A stretch of 64,000 nucleotides of DNA from Nitrosopumilus sp. (GCA_965223425.1 OZ245003.1:2080001-2144000), one strand, 5' to 3'; numbered from the stretch's first letter, positions 41,079 through 52,208 are shown. Program-made: numbers and translations. The notes: generated by a model from the sequence alone, not told the origin.

Positions 41079-41243
41079 TAAATGGGGCTCTGTAGCGTCT
41101 TGGGTTGTGTTCTTCCTGTTTACTGAACCAACCGCCATGATGCGATTGAAGGTACAAAGGAGAAAAGAACGAACCAGAAACGCGCCCAGAGATTTTTTTC
41201 TCAAAGAATTCCTAGATGGTTTTTATATCATTAATTTTGCATT

Positions 41244-41873
41244 GTGTTTATGAAGAAAATTTTTTTGATGTTTTTTCTATTTTTTATGATCACTATTCCA
41301 ATGACAAGTGTTTTTGGTCATGATGGAATTCCCGGCATGGACAGGGCTCCGCCAATTGGTTTTGAGAACAAAAACGTTACAGTGGAAATCAGAATGAGTC
41401 CAGCAGATATGACAGAAGGGGATTTCTCAAATGCGTTTATGAGTATCGCTTTCCTGGATGATGATACTGAGACGCTGATCCCACAGACAACATACAAGGT
41501 GGATATCTTCAAGAAGGACAAACTGCTTGCAAGAAACATGTTTTATGCAGAAGATGGCAAAGTCACAATTGACATTAGGCCAAATGATGACTGTAGCATC
41601 AGAGAAGAAAAGCCTTGGAAATGTACAGAGTATTATGGAACAGAGCATCCAATAGCAGTAGGAGCATTATACACACTTGGCAAGAACAATCCAGTAATTG
41701 GAGGCCCGATATTTACTGGAGGTGGACTGTATCACATGGATGTAGAGGTCATCAGTGCAGGCAGCGTAAGATCCAACCTGTCAGAGCCGTTGGAATTTGA
41801 TCTTTATGTCACCATTGTACAAGAACAAGTGTTTTACATCACCGTTCCAGACAATTTGTTGATTCAAGATTAG
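41244..41873 (+). CDS. Secreted thaumarchaeal protein (resembles the N-terminal domain of larger surface proteins)
   Basis: Signal peptide ending VFG-H; DRAPPIGF..NVTV and GPIFTGGGLYH..VEV motifs. Confidence 0.6.
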   Translation: MFMKKIFLMFFLFFMITIPMTSVFGHDGIPGMDRAPPIGFENKNVTVEIRMSPADMTEGDFSNAFMSIAFLDDDTETLIPQTTYKVDIFKKDKLLARNMFYAEDGKVTIDIRPNDDCSIREEKPWKCTEYYGTEHPIAVGALYTLGKNNPVIGGPIFTGGGLYHMDVEVISAGSVRSNLSEPLEFDLYVTIVQEQVFYITVPDNLLIQD

Positions 41874-42204
41874 AGTCGTCTGAAGAGATGACAGAATGGT
41901 TTTTTCCAATATGCGAGAAGGTGTTCATGAGGACAAAGCAGGTTTAACTCTCTTTTAGGCCGTGTAAGAAACCCGGATGCCACGGTTTTGTAAAGCAAGT
42001 TTGCAAAAACTTGTGGTTAGGGCATTCTCTAATGTTTGACTTGTTGGAAGCTCTGCTTCTTGATCAAGTGGAAAGATTGTCCACTCAAAGAAGCATTTCA
42101 GGGTCCATGCAACACAAAATCAGGGTGACACCCAACAGCCTCAGAACAACCAAAGACACAACATAACCCGAATCAACATGGGATAAATAGAACAAAAATT
42201 TAAG

Positions 42205-43044
42205 ATGGACATGGAAAAAGCCGTAGCTCTTGTCACAGGCAGTTCATCAGGCATTGGATTGGCAACTGCGTTGGCACTTGCAAGGAACGGATATCACACT
42301 TTTGCAAGCATGAGGAATACCAAAAAATCAGAGGAGTTAGAGCGCGCGGCGAAAAAAGAGAATCTTCCAATTGATGTAATAGAACTAGACGTAGACAAAG
42401 AAGAATCAATTGTTTCTGCCATCAAAAAAATAGTTTCTGATGGCAGAAGATTAGATGTTCTAGTAAATAATGCAGGATATGGACAGTTTGGTTGTACTGA
42501 AGATATATCAGTTGATGATTTTAGAAAACAGTTTGAAACTAATTTCTTTAGCATTGTAAGAATTATTCAAGAAGTTGCACCAATTATGAGAAATCAGAAT
42601 TCAGGAATTATTGTAAACATTAGTTCTGTTGTCGGTAGAATGGGATTACCCGGTTCTCCAGCTTATATTAGCACAAAATTTGCACTGGAAGGACTGAGTG
42701 AGTGTTTGAGGTATGAGCTTGGTCAGTTTGGAATTAAAACCACGTTAATTGAACCAGGAGTTATCAAAACAAACTTTTTCAACTCAATGAGGGTGCCAGA
42801 ATCAAAAACAGATCCCAAATACAAGGCACTGACTGATAACATCCTTGCAGGTTTGAAAATGATGGTAGAAATGGGAACTGCGCCATCTCAAGTTGCAGAT
42901 ATCGTCATCAAGGCAATTAATGATGGTGAGATTTTGCCAAGATATACTGTAGGAACTGATGCGGCCATGTTTATGGAAGCAAAAAAGACGAAAACAGACA
43001 TGGAATTTGAGAAATATATGAGCAAAGAATTGTTCCCTAGCTGA
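42205..43044 (+). CDS. Short-chain dehydrogenase/reductase
   Basis: TGSSSGIG, NNAG, YISTK. Confidence 0.93.
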   Translation: MDMEKAVALVTGSSSGIGLATALALARNGYHTFASMRNTKKSEELERAAKKENLPIDVIELDVDKEESIVSAIKKIVSDGRRLDVLVNNAGYGQFGCTEDISVDDFRKQFETNFFSIVRIIQEVAPIMRNQNSGIIVNISSVVGRMGLPGSPAYISTKFALEGLSECLRYELGQFGIKTTLIEPGVIKTNFFNSMRVPESKTDPKYKALTDNILAGLKMMVEMGTAPSQVADIVIKAINDGEILPRYTVGTDAAMFMEAKKTKTDMEFEKYMSKELFPS

Positions 43045-43119
43045 CATCGTACTTGTACGTTAAATTGATATACACATAGAATCCAGTTTTTGTCAGTCTG
43101 CAATTTTAAAGTGAAAAAA

Positions 43120-44796
43120 ATGACGAAATGGAGAACTCTACAACACAATGGAATCTTGTTTCCACCTCCATATGAAACTCGAGGAATCAACATAAAGATC
43201 AAAGGAGAAAGTGTCAGTCTTGATCTAAGCCAGGAAGAGATGGCATACCAATGGGCAAAAAAGAAAGACACCCCATATGCTCAGGACAAGGTTTTTCAAA
43301 AAAACTTTACAGCAGATTTTGCTAAAACTCTGGATTCAAAATTTAAAAAAATTTCATATGAAGACATTGATTTTTCAAGCGCTTACAAAACAGTTGACAA
43401 GGAAAAAGACCGCAAAGAGACGATGAGCAAAGAAGGGAAGAAAAAACAGGCAAAGGACAGGAAGAAACTACGAGAAGAACTCAAGAAAGATTATGGAATT
43501 GCCACCATGGATGGAAACAAAGTTGAAGTTGGAAACTACATGGCAGAACCGCCAGGAATATTCATCGGAAGGGGCGAGCATCCACTTAGGGGAAGATGGA
43601 AGCCACGTGTTACTAAAAAAGACGTAACACTAAACCTTGGAAAGAAAGCCAAAGTGCCCAAAGGCAAATGGGGCAAAATTATCCATGACAAAGACTCGAT
43701 GTGGCTGGCCAGTTGGATGGATTTTCTCACTCAGAAAAGAAAGTATGTCTGGCTAGCAGATACTGCGGGACTAAAGCAGGACATGGACAAGGCAAAATAC
43801 GAAAAAGCAGTAAAGCTTGCAAATGAAATTGAGAAGATAAAGGATAGAATTGCAAAGGACATGAAAAATCAAAAGAAAAGCAAGATTGCTACTGCATGTT
43901 ATTTGATTTATAGAACTGCAATGAGGGTAGGAGACGAAAAAGATCCAGACGAAGCAGACACAGTAGGTGCAACAACCCTAAGAAAAGAGCATATCAAAAT
44001 TACTCCCAATGCAATAGAGTTTGATTTTCTTGGCAAAGACAGTGTAAGATGGCAAGAAACAGTAAAAGCTGAAGGTCATGACAAACAATTTCACGAAAAC
44101 CTCAAAAGACTAATTGAGAAGAAAAAACCAAAAGACGACATATTTGACGGCATTACATCAAAACATGTCAATGCATATTATTCTGAAATTGTAAAAGGAC
44201 TGACTGCAAAGGTATTCAGAACATACCTGGCAACAACAGTAGTCAAAGACTATCTTGCAGAGCATGATGACATGAAAGAAAAAACAGCAAATGAGAAACT
44301 GCATCATGCAAAATTGGCAAACCTGAAAGCTGCCAAAATATGCAATCATAAAAGAACCATTCCAAAGACGTTTGAGCAGTCATTAGAAAAGAAACGGGAC
44401 ACCCTCAAAAAAGTGGAAAAAGACCGGCCTTCAAAGAAATCCCAAAAGACTCTCAAAAAAGTGAAATCATCTGTGCCAAAAACTGACACTCAAAAGAAGA
44501 AAAAAGACAAGAGAATCAAAAAACTAAATGAGCAGATTAAAAGACAAAAATCAAAACACAGAGAAAGAGTAGAAAAATTAAAGTTACAAATCGAGTTATC
44601 TGAAAAAACCAGAGATTACAACCTTGGAACATCCTTGAGAAACTACATAGATCCCCGTGTTGTCAAGGCATGGACTGACGAGGTAGGTGCAGAATGGGAG
44701 AGACTGTATACTGCTGCACTACAAAAGAAGTTCCTTTGGGTCAAGAACGAAAATGCCGCATGGAAAAATATCAAACAGTCATCCAAAGCGTTTTAG
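43120..44796 (+). CDS. DNA topoisomerase IB (eukaryote-like)
   Basis: KWRTLQHNG, EPPGIFIGRGEHP, RVGDEK, AKVFRTY, CNHKR, GTSLRNYIDPR. Confidence 0.96.
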   Translation: MTKWRTLQHNGILFPPPYETRGINIKIKGESVSLDLSQEEMAYQWAKKKDTPYAQDKVFQKNFTADFAKTLDSKFKKISYEDIDFSSAYKTVDKEKDRKETMSKEGKKKQAKDRKKLREELKKDYGIATMDGNKVEVGNYMAEPPGIFIGRGEHPLRGRWKPRVTKKDVTLNLGKKAKVPKGKWGKIIHDKDSMWLASWMDFLTQKRKYVWLADTAGLKQDMDKAKYEKAVKLANEIEKIKDRIAKDMKNQKKSKIATACYLIYRTAMRVGDEKDPDEADTVGATTLRKEHIKITPNAIEFDFLGKDSVRWQETVKAEGHDKQFHENLKRLIEKKKPKDDIFDGITSKHVNAYYSEIVKGLTAKVFRTYLATTVVKDYLAEHDDMKEKTANEKLHHAKLANLKAAKICNHKRTIPKTFEQSLEKKRDTLKKVEKDRPSKKSQKTLKKVKSSVPKTDTQKKKKDKRIKKLNEQIKRQKSKHRERVEKLKLQIELSEKTRDYNLGTSLRNYIDPRVVKAWTDEVGAEWERLYTAALQKKFLWVKNENAAWKNIKQSSKAF

Positions 44797-44833
44797 AATC
44801 ATTTAATTTCCCAAATTTTTCAGTCATATACAT

Positions 44834-44948
44834 GCCGGGGTAGCTCAGCCTGGTTAGAGTGCCAGTTCGCTTGGTAAACTCTAGCGGTTCTCCAACTAAG
44901 GCAATACTCATAATCTGGAGGTCGCGAGTTCGAAACTCGCCCCCGGCA
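44834..44948 (+). tRNA. tRNA with CAT anticodon (elongator Met most likely) and a 40-nt non-canonical intron (about 44866-44905)
   Basis: Acceptor GCCGGGG/CCCCGGC+A; removing the insert restores CCAGA-CTCATAA-TCTGG. Confidence 0.85.
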
Positions 44949-45115
44949 CACATTTAGATATTAAATTAGACCCATGAAGAGGTGAGTGAGCATTGGATGA
45001 CTACATAGGGCAAGCAGTAATGATCGTACTGATTGTGTCAGCAGTTGGAATTTTTGTAGGATCTAGGCTTTGGATGGTTTTTAGAAAATAAAGAAGAAGA
45101 AATTATAAAATCAAA

Positions 45116-45538
45116 TCATTTGACAGTCAATACAGGAACCCTTGTTTTGTGCATGACGTAGTTTGATGCGCTTCCAAGAAATGCTTCTTTTGCTCCACCC
45201 ATACCTCTTGCACCGATTGTAACCATGTCAAATTTTCCTTTTTGCGCATAGTTGACAATCTCAGAACCGGTTTTGCCACCTCCAGTTTTGTATTTGAATA
45301 GCACATCGGCCTTTTGTGCACGTTTCATTGCAGGGCCAATTGCTGTGACAGCTTTTCTTTGTGCGGCATCTTTCATTTTTTGTGTGTATTTTATTCCTGC
45401 AGTTATAGGTAATTGAAATACATAAAATCCAGTAATTTCAGCACCAGTACCTTTTGCAATTTCAATTGCTCTATCCAATCCCCTAATTGAGTTTGGTGAA
45501 CCATCAAGAGGAACAAGAATTTTTTGTAATTTTGCCAT
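45116..45538 (-). CDS. Universal stress protein
   Basis: KILVPLDGS and GARGMGG...LGSASNYV. Confidence 0.92.
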   Translation of the reverse strand: MAKLQKILVPLDGSPNSIRGLDRAIEIAKGTGAEITGFYVFQLPITAGIKYTQKMKDAAQRKAVTAIGPAMKRAQKADVLFKYKTGGGKTGSEIVNYAQKGKFDMVTIGARGMGGAKEAFLGSASNYVMHKTRVPVLTVK

Positions 45539-45805
45539 AAAGGCCTGCAACAGCAATTCAATATAAAAAACAATGATGATTTTCAAATTTGGTTTTTGGG
45601 TGTTTCCCTAAATCAAACCAAACCAAATCAAATCACGAAAGATTACCGTAAGCCCACCACTTGGAACCAGTCACGGCTTCAAGAAAACCCAAATGCTTCA
45701 GGTTTTGCCGCTTGTCATGTATTTGTAAACAAATGCCTACTTCAGTAGGTCATGAAATGATTTTGGATGTAACATAAGTAGCTCAACACCGCAATAGAGT
45801 TCAGA

Positions 45806-46462
45806 TTGGTACAAACTCACTTTGTCGAAGTGGCAAGCTTTTTAGATTTTGCGCGATTTGTATGCGCATTTAGAGAATATCCTCTGAGGGTTTATGCTCA
45901 TAAGATGCGTGGAAAAATGGTGTTATCTAGCAGCATGGTGTTGCCAAGCTCAATTCTTGCATTTTACACAGACTACAAAAATGGCAGATATATCGAATAC
46001 AGCCCAAAAGGAGGCAAGGAAGCCGCAAGAGCCGTCAGTTCCATGCAAGCAACATCAAACTATGCACCAATAATTCATTTAGAATCCATGCCATTTCCAA
46101 TCAGATCTTACAAAAAAATATCTGACAGTTTCAAAACTTCCAAAGTACTTGATCTTGGAGGCCTTGCCAGATTGACATATGATCCTGAATGGCCAGATGA
46201 GCCAAAGGTAACCCTGTTGTGTTTCCCGCGAAGGAAAAAATGGATTGTAGGATACATGTCCATGATCGAATTCGATGAACTTGTTTATTGTTTTTATTAT
46301 GTAGAACTAGATGAGGAACCTAACAAGCCTTTCTTGAAATATTCAGGACATAAAGGAAGTCCGCCACAGTTTACAGATGTGTTTCAACATGGTTTTCCAT
46401 ATCTTCCCGTTGTCAAACTAAAGAAAGGACACCCCATCTTCGGCTTTAAAGAAGCAAAATAA
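45806..46462 (+). CDS. Hypothetical protein
   Basis: 218-aa ORF with no competing frame. Confidence 0.65.
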   Translation: MVQTHFVEVASFLDFARFVCAFREYPLRVYAHKMRGKMVLSSSMVLPSSILAFYTDYKNGRYIEYSPKGGKEAARAVSSMQATSNYAPIIHLESMPFPIRSYKKISDSFKTSKVLDLGGLARLTYDPEWPDEPKVTLLCFPRRKKWIVGYMSMIEFDELVYCFYYVELDEEPNKPFLKYSGHKGSPPQFTDVFQHGFPYLPVVKLKKGHPIFGFKEAK

Positions 46463-46630
46463 AATTATAAAGTATGTTTTCAACATTTATTACAATGTAT
46501 GCTGCATTACAACTAGGAAATTTATTTTTTGGAAGATTACAGGAATTTTTTGTTTGTAAAGTTTAGTTTTTGTTATAAAATTACCTAAAACAAGTTGTTT
46601 TTATTTTAAAAACGCCGCCAATAGCTAGTA

Positions 46631-47551
46631 GTGATAGTAAATTATTCTAATGATTACGATGTCAAGTGTCAACTAGATGCTTGCAAAACCTATCCTGCAA
46701 TAACTGATTCTGAGAGAGGAGAAATTGTTTGTGGGGGATGCGGTCTTATCTTATTGCAAAATATGGCTGATTCATCATATGAAAGCAGTGGCTACACACA
46801 AGAGGATTTTATGAAATTGGCAAGAACAGGTCCTGCCACATCATTGACAATGTATGACAAGGGACTGTCAACTGTAATTGGTACCAATAAAGATTCTACT
46901 GGAAAAGCATTATCTGGCAAAACAAAATATGAATTCAACAGACTGCGAACATGGGATCAGAGAAGCAAATCAAGAAATACTGCTTCTTTTAGCAAGGCCT
47001 TTACGTTACTTCATGGGATGAGAACAAAATTAGCCATTCCAGAAAATGTTGTAGAAAACACTGCCTATATTTACAGAAAAATAGCGAGTGCAAAACTAAC
47101 CAGGGGAAGAACGATGGCCTCATTGATTGCAGCCTCGTTATACATAGCATGTAGGCAAAGCAGCATTCCAAGAACATTGGATGACATTGCAAAGGCTGGA
47201 AATATCGAACGGAGAACACTTTCAAAGGATTTGAGAACCATAATCAAAAAGCTAGAATTGAATCTTAATCAGTATGATACTACATCATTTATCTCAAAAA
47301 TTTCAAACAACATGAGCCTAAAAGAAAAGACCAAACGAGATGCATTTGACATACTAAAGCGCTGTGAGAAAGAGCAAATCACTGCCGGAAAACACCCTGT
47401 GGCACAAGCTGCAGCTTCATTGTATATTGCATGCATAATGAATGGTGAGAAGATCAGTCAAAAGAAATTTTCAGTAGTAGCTGGAGTAAGCGATGTTACA
47501 GTCAGAAACAGGGCACTCTTAATCAAAAAAACATTAAAGATAATGGAATAA
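46631..47551 (+). CDS. tfb: Transcription initiation factor IIB paralogue
   Basis: D.ERGEIVCGGCG ribbon, RLRTWD, two cyclin repeats, GVSDVTVRNR. Confidence 0.93.
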   Translation: MIVNYSNDYDVKCQLDACKTYPAITDSERGEIVCGGCGLILLQNMADSSYESSGYTQEDFMKLARTGPATSLTMYDKGLSTVIGTNKDSTGKALSGKTKYEFNRLRTWDQRSKSRNTASFSKAFTLLHGMRTKLAIPENVVENTAYIYRKIASAKLTRGRTMASLIAASLYIACRQSSIPRTLDDIAKAGNIERRTLSKDLRTIIKKLELNLNQYDTTSFISKISNNMSLKEKTKRDAFDILKRCEKEQITAGKHPVAQAAASLYIACIMNGEKISQKKFSVVAGVSDVTVRNRALLIKKTLKIME

Positions 47552-47933
47552 CATCTAGTCACTATAATTTCCATAGCAATTTATCTGTGAAGACATAAAG
47601 TTCATTGAACCTGCCAAACCATTCATTCATTTTGTTTATTGCTTCGTGTTGGATGATCCTTATCTAAAATATCTATTTCAGTAACATGGCTTTCTTTTGC
47701 TATTTTTACATCATAAGATTCTGTTTTAGCATATCAAATCAACTTTATAATTTAACGCAGTACGTGAATTGAGCTTCGATTCCATGATGGACAAGATGGT
47801 TTTTTGGTTTTTGAAGAAATTCTAAATCCTAAATTCTCAAGTTGGTACGTAATGTTAACTCGTTAAATGGTTTAGTGACCATACGCTTTTCACGATTTTT
47901 ATTTAACAAAATGTATGTATTTTATACCTAGGG

Positions 47934-48752
47934 TTACCTTCTCTTCAGATAACCTGCCAATATCTTGTCGGCCATGTCTCCAACATCCATATCTTTTCTT
48001 GCAGCCAGACTTTGCAGCTTTCTTGCATTTCCTTTGTTCAATGAGACTGTAACTTTTTGTTGCAGCAGTCCGGATTTTGCCTTTTTGAGCAACTTGGCGT
48101 GAGATGATTTTGGGGAGCGGTTCAAAGCCCTGAGATACTCTTTTCTTAGCTTCTGGTCCAGCGGAACTATTTTTTCTGCAGTCCTTACTGCCTTTGAAAC
48201 GTTTGGAACTGCCCGATACAACTTTACACAGTCATCGCGGGACAGCTCCCTTGGAACAAACTGTCTTAGTCTGTCCGGCACCGCTGCAAACCCCAGATAT
48301 TTCTTTAGAGTTTGGGATGACATTCCAAGGGAACGAGCGGCCTTTGCCTTTCCAACTGACTGGGTTAAAAACACGCATGCTGCAGTCGTGTCCCTTGTGT
48401 TCATCTTGTTGCGGTGAAGATTCTCTACAACAGACGCTGCCTTTGCGTCCTTCAGGTCATACCTTGTAGTGTTAGCAAGCAACAGCGCCGGAATCTTCTT
48501 TGCGCCCAATCTTTTGAGCGCTGCCAATCTCCGCTGTCCTGACATCAGCAGATACTCGTTTTTGCCGTTCTTTTGAACCATAGGCGGATTCTGCAGTCCC
48601 TCGTTTTTGATGGATTTTGCAAGCTCTGCGACCCCATCCCTGTCGAGTTTTCTAGCTTGTGCGTCCTTCCAAACCTTGATGTGTTTTACTGGAATTTCTC
48701 TTAATCGATATTTTATTGGGGAGTTGTATCTTTTGGCCGTGATTATATCCAT
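47934..48752 (-). CDS. ParB/Srx-domain protein, copy A
   Basis: LAKSIKNEGLQNPP, SGQRRLAA, ENLHR; HTH and RHH-like tail. Confidence 0.88.
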   Translation of the reverse strand: MDIITAKRYNSPIKYRLREIPVKHIKVWKDAQARKLDRDGVAELAKSIKNEGLQNPPMVQKNGKNEYLLMSGQRRLAALKRLGAKKIPALLLANTTRYDLKDAKAASVVENLHRNKMNTRDTTAACVFLTQSVGKAKAARSLGMSSQTLKKYLGFAAVPDRLRQFVPRELSRDDCVKLYRAVPNVSKAVRTAEKIVPLDQKLRKEYLRALNRSPKSSHAKLLKKAKSGLLQQKVTVSLNKGNARKLQSLAARKDMDVGDMADKILAGYLKRR

Positions 48753-49002
48753 GGCTGACTTTTGTTAAAAGAAGTAGTGATCAGTAATTGACAAAAAATG
48801 AAAAAAATATTAGCGGATTTTGCATTCGGCAGGTATGCCGGTAGTCAGTCCATGGCAACTGGCAGTTAGACGCAGGAATGTTGGGGGGGATGTCGGCAGA
48901 TTAAAGTTCACTATCAAATGCATCAAAAATCAAAAACCGCTGTACAACACTGACAAATCATGCCTGGCACGGAGATGCCTGGAACTTGAAACAAAACTAG
49001 AG
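47939..49002. repeat. 1064-bp direct repeat, copy A (copy B at 57293-58356)
   Basis: Constant offset of 9354 bp; no differences noticed by eye. Confidence 0.92.
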
Positions 49003-49025
49003 AGGTTTACGGTGTAAAAATGGCG

Positions 49026-49262
49026 TTACAGGCCATACTTGAATGGCCTGGCCAGCCTGTACCGGCCGTCATTGGACCTTACAAAGTAGACCGGCTTTTT
49101 CTGCGGGTTGCCCCTTCTGTATCTGGAAGGGTACCTTGATGCGGCCCTTGCAGAAATACGGCACGCCTTGACCAAGTCATTTGGGTAAAACGGCTCTTTG
49201 AGTCTCTTTGATTTTACTGCCCTGACTATCTTGGAATATGTTGGGTGTGGGTTTTTTCTCAT
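49026..49262 (-). CDS. Small basic protein (78 aa), copy A
   Basis: Paralogue of 58641-58877 with 3 aa differences. Confidence 0.75.
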   Translation of the reverse strand: MRKNPHPTYSKIVRAVKSKRLKEPFYPNDLVKACRISARAASRYPSRYRRGNPQKKPVYFVRSNDGRYRLARPFKYGL

Positions 49263-50022
49263 GTCAGAGGTGGTGGTTTCTGCCTATTTCTTAGTTTTGG
49301 TCTGAATCTTTTCTCTCTATTGTATGGAAATTAGTTCCACTTAAGATAAAGCGTACAATGAAAGCACATGAGAACACCGTCAATACCAATCCAGCCGCGC
49401 TGTACCAACTTTTCAAGTTTCCGGCATTACACAGACTGATGCGCTCTTACCAGGCCCTGAGCATGGTGACGAGACTTTGTCATTGCATTGACTGCTCTCA
49501 AACATTCCAATGATTCTGTCATGTGCAGAGTCCATATTGCCATAATGGCCCAAAAGGGCACCTTCAACCACGAGTGGGCTTGTACACACAAATGTATCAA
49601 GACTGTCGGGGATCAATAAGGTTACCGTAGCAGTCAAAGGAGTATGGCAGAGACGGTAGTGCATGGCAACAGGCCAAAGTCAGCATGGCATCAGATGTAG
49701 GTAAGCAGCAAATTCAACTGAAATATGGCCATCTCCTGGCTCTAGTCTAAAAACAAAGGTTCGGGAGGCAGATGTCTGATTGTAAGCAACGATTCGATTT
49801 GTGTCATCAGAATGATAGTCATCCAAAATAGAAAAACGATCCCTATTGTGTTGGGGTATAGGCGGGGATGCAATGGGTGTAATTTCTATCTTTATTCACA
49901 AAAGAGATAATGTTAGAAAACAAGATAGTCCTAGCAACAAATCAGCAGTTGTGAACTAGTAATTTCTTTGATGCAAAAAAGGAAGATAATGTTAAATGTA
50001 GTATTTCTTGATTTTATGCAAA

Positions 50023-51219
50023 TTGGGAGAATTTGGAGAATTTGCCGAAGCACTATTTGGCCAATTATCAGTTGAAACTAGTGAAGAAAAAGAGATTGCA
50101 GAGTTGGCAATCAAAGCCAAAGATGGGCTTGGAGACAAGGTTCATTTCAAAGAGTTAGAAGACATTGCCAAAGAGATTTTTCCAATTTACAAAGACAAGG
50201 TAGAAGAATTTCTGGGTGTCAAGGTTCCTGACAACCTAGAGTTAAGATTTCCAGAGTTAGGAGATTTGAAAAAAATGAAGGGGGACAAAGTATTTGCAGA
50301 CGGCGAGGCAAAACAGTTCGTAACAGAATTATTTGATGCAGTAGCAAAAGAAGATCCAAAAAAGATTGCAGATCTGATGCAAGAAGACACTGCAAAATAT
50401 TTGGTATATTCAACATATGCAATTCAATACATATCTAAAATTACAACAACATATGGGGATTACCTCGGCTCTGTGATATACCTGAACAAATTCATTTTAT
50501 CAAGATACCCACAGATAATTTTACACAAACAGGGAGAACCGTACGAGTCAAGATTTGAAAATGTGAATTCTGGATATTTGGGAGCCGTAAAGATGACAGT
50601 GCTAGAAGAATTAATTCATTCAGCACAAGAAAATCTGCAGCAAATAAACAAAAATGCCGCAATGCAAGTAAATAAAATCAACGAAGAATTGGCAAATGTT
50701 ATTTTGTCACTTGACACTGAGACTATTGGCAAACTTGCAGAATATTGTCAGCTGCAGGCAGTGCCAGACGATTTCCCATTTGCAAAAAAGGCAAATCTGT
50801 TTTTCTTTTTGAATCCAGATCATTTCTTAATTGAGCAGATAGGGCCAGATGTTATGACATTTACACATGTAGAAATAGATCCTAAGATAGGCGAATCAGT
50901 TCCCCAACTTTTAGACATTTACAAGAGGTGGCTTGTCCCAATTCAGCAACACCATGCAGCATTTACTGCAATGGAAGGAATGGCAGGCTTTGCAATTGAA
51001 AATATCTTAAAAGATGATCAAGATTTTCAGAATTATCTTACTACATTTATGGGCACAGATTTCTCTTCGTATCAGGTCAGAAAAAGCATGGGAAAAGACT
51101 TTACCAAAACCGTGTATGAAAAACTAGGCAGGAATACCTTCAAAAAGATGATCGAAGTTCCGCCAAACACCAGAGAGCTCAAGGATCCACAATTATATCT
51201 CAAAAAAATGAGCCAGTAA
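50023..51219 (+). CDS. Hypothetical protein with zincin-like motif
   Basis: VLEELIHSAQ and downstream AMEGMA. Confidence 0.6.
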   Translation: MGEFGEFAEALFGQLSVETSEEKEIAELAIKAKDGLGDKVHFKELEDIAKEIFPIYKDKVEEFLGVKVPDNLELRFPELGDLKKMKGDKVFADGEAKQFVTELFDAVAKEDPKKIADLMQEDTAKYLVYSTYAIQYISKITTTYGDYLGSVIYLNKFILSRYPQIILHKQGEPYESRFENVNSGYLGAVKMTVLEELIHSAQENLQQINKNAAMQVNKINEELANVILSLDTETIGKLAEYCQLQAVPDDFPFAKKANLFFFLNPDHFLIEQIGPDVMTFTHVEIDPKIGESVPQLLDIYKRWLVPIQQHHAAFTAMEGMAGFAIENILKDDQDFQNYLTTFMGTDFSSYQVRKSMGKDFTKTVYEKLGRNTFKKMIEVPPNTRELKDPQLYLKKMSQ

Positions 51220-51222
51220 TAA

Positions 51223-52041
51223 TTGAATGAAGAGTTTGATCCGTTTGTTGCAGAATGGCTTTCATTTGTAAAAAATCCAAACTTTAACTTGGTTGAAAAA
51301 TGCCTAAAATTTGCTCAGCTTTTAGAATATCCGGATCTAAACGTAGACGAATACATTCAGAAGATAAATAAAATAGGATTGTCATTAAAAGAATCAATTA
51401 GTGATGTCAAAAACCCAACATATCTAATTTCAATGTTAAATGAGCACTTTTTTGAAAATCTAGGTTTTAGTGGAGATGACGATGACTACTATAATCCAAA
51501 AAACAATTTTCTAAACGAAGTAATTGACAAAAAATCAGGTTTGCCAATCACCATTTCAATTCTTTATGTCGAAATTGCAAAATTTATTGGGTTGAGTCTT
51601 CAAATCGCCGGATTTCCAAGTCACATCCTAGTAAAATATAACGAAGAAATGGTTTTGGATCCATTTTATGATGGAATGCTATTAGACATTGATGACTTGC
51701 AGGAAATATTAGACACTAATTTTAACGGACAGTTAGAATTTCAACCGGAGTTTCTCGATGAGATAGAACCAGAACAAGTTCTTGTAAGAATGACGCGCAA
51801 TTTGAAGAATTCATATGTACAGTCATTTGTATATGACAAGGCACTTCGTTGCACTAACATGGTTTTGGCAATTGATCCTGAATCTCCAGAAGACATCAGA
51901 GACAAAGGAATTTTAGAAGAAAGGCTACTAAATTCTGAAACGGCGTTGAGATATTTGAACAAGTATTTAGAAATCAATCCAGACGCAGAAGATATAGATT
52001 TTATTTTAGAGTTGATAAGAAGCATAAAGACAAAAAATTAG
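51223..52041 (+). CDS. SirB1/transglutaminase-like protein with TPR
   Basis: YYNPKNNFLNEV...GLPITISILY, FPSH.LV, RNLKNSY. Confidence 0.85.
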   Translation: MNEEFDPFVAEWLSFVKNPNFNLVEKCLKFAQLLEYPDLNVDEYIQKINKIGLSLKESISDVKNPTYLISMLNEHFFENLGFSGDDDDYYNPKNNFLNEVIDKKSGLPITISILYVEIAKFIGLSLQIAGFPSHILVKYNEEMVLDPFYDGMLLDIDDLQEILDTNFNGQLEFQPEFLDEIEPEQVLVRMTRNLKNSYVQSFVYDKALRCTNMVLAIDPESPEDIRDKGILEERLLNSETALRYLNKYLEINPDAEDIDFILELIRSIKTKN

Positions 52042-52208
52042 TCAATGATAGAGTTGATATCTTGCCCTTTCTTGATCAGTGATATTTCATGACGTGCAAT
52101 TTTATTTCTAAATGCTTTCTTTAGAATATCCAATTCACTTCTGAGTAGTGCAATTTCATCTTCAAGTTTTGCAACTCTCTCATAGATGGTTTCAGCTTCT
52201 GAACTCAT
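52038..52208 (-). CDS. Small coiled-coil protein (56 aa)
   Basis: Manual translation MSSEAETIYERVAKLEDEIALLRSELDILRKAFRNKIARHE... Confidence 0.6.
   Translation of the reverse strand: MSSEAETIYERVAKLEDEIALLRSELDILKKAFRNKIARHEISLIKKGQDINSIID

Noticed and set aside
43120-44796. Eukaryote-like topoisomerase IB as novel or horizontally acquired
   Set aside because: Established feature of Thaumarchaeota
49300-50000. Short ORFs in the gap before the 403-aa gene
   Set aside because: No recognisable motifs; probably degraded sequence
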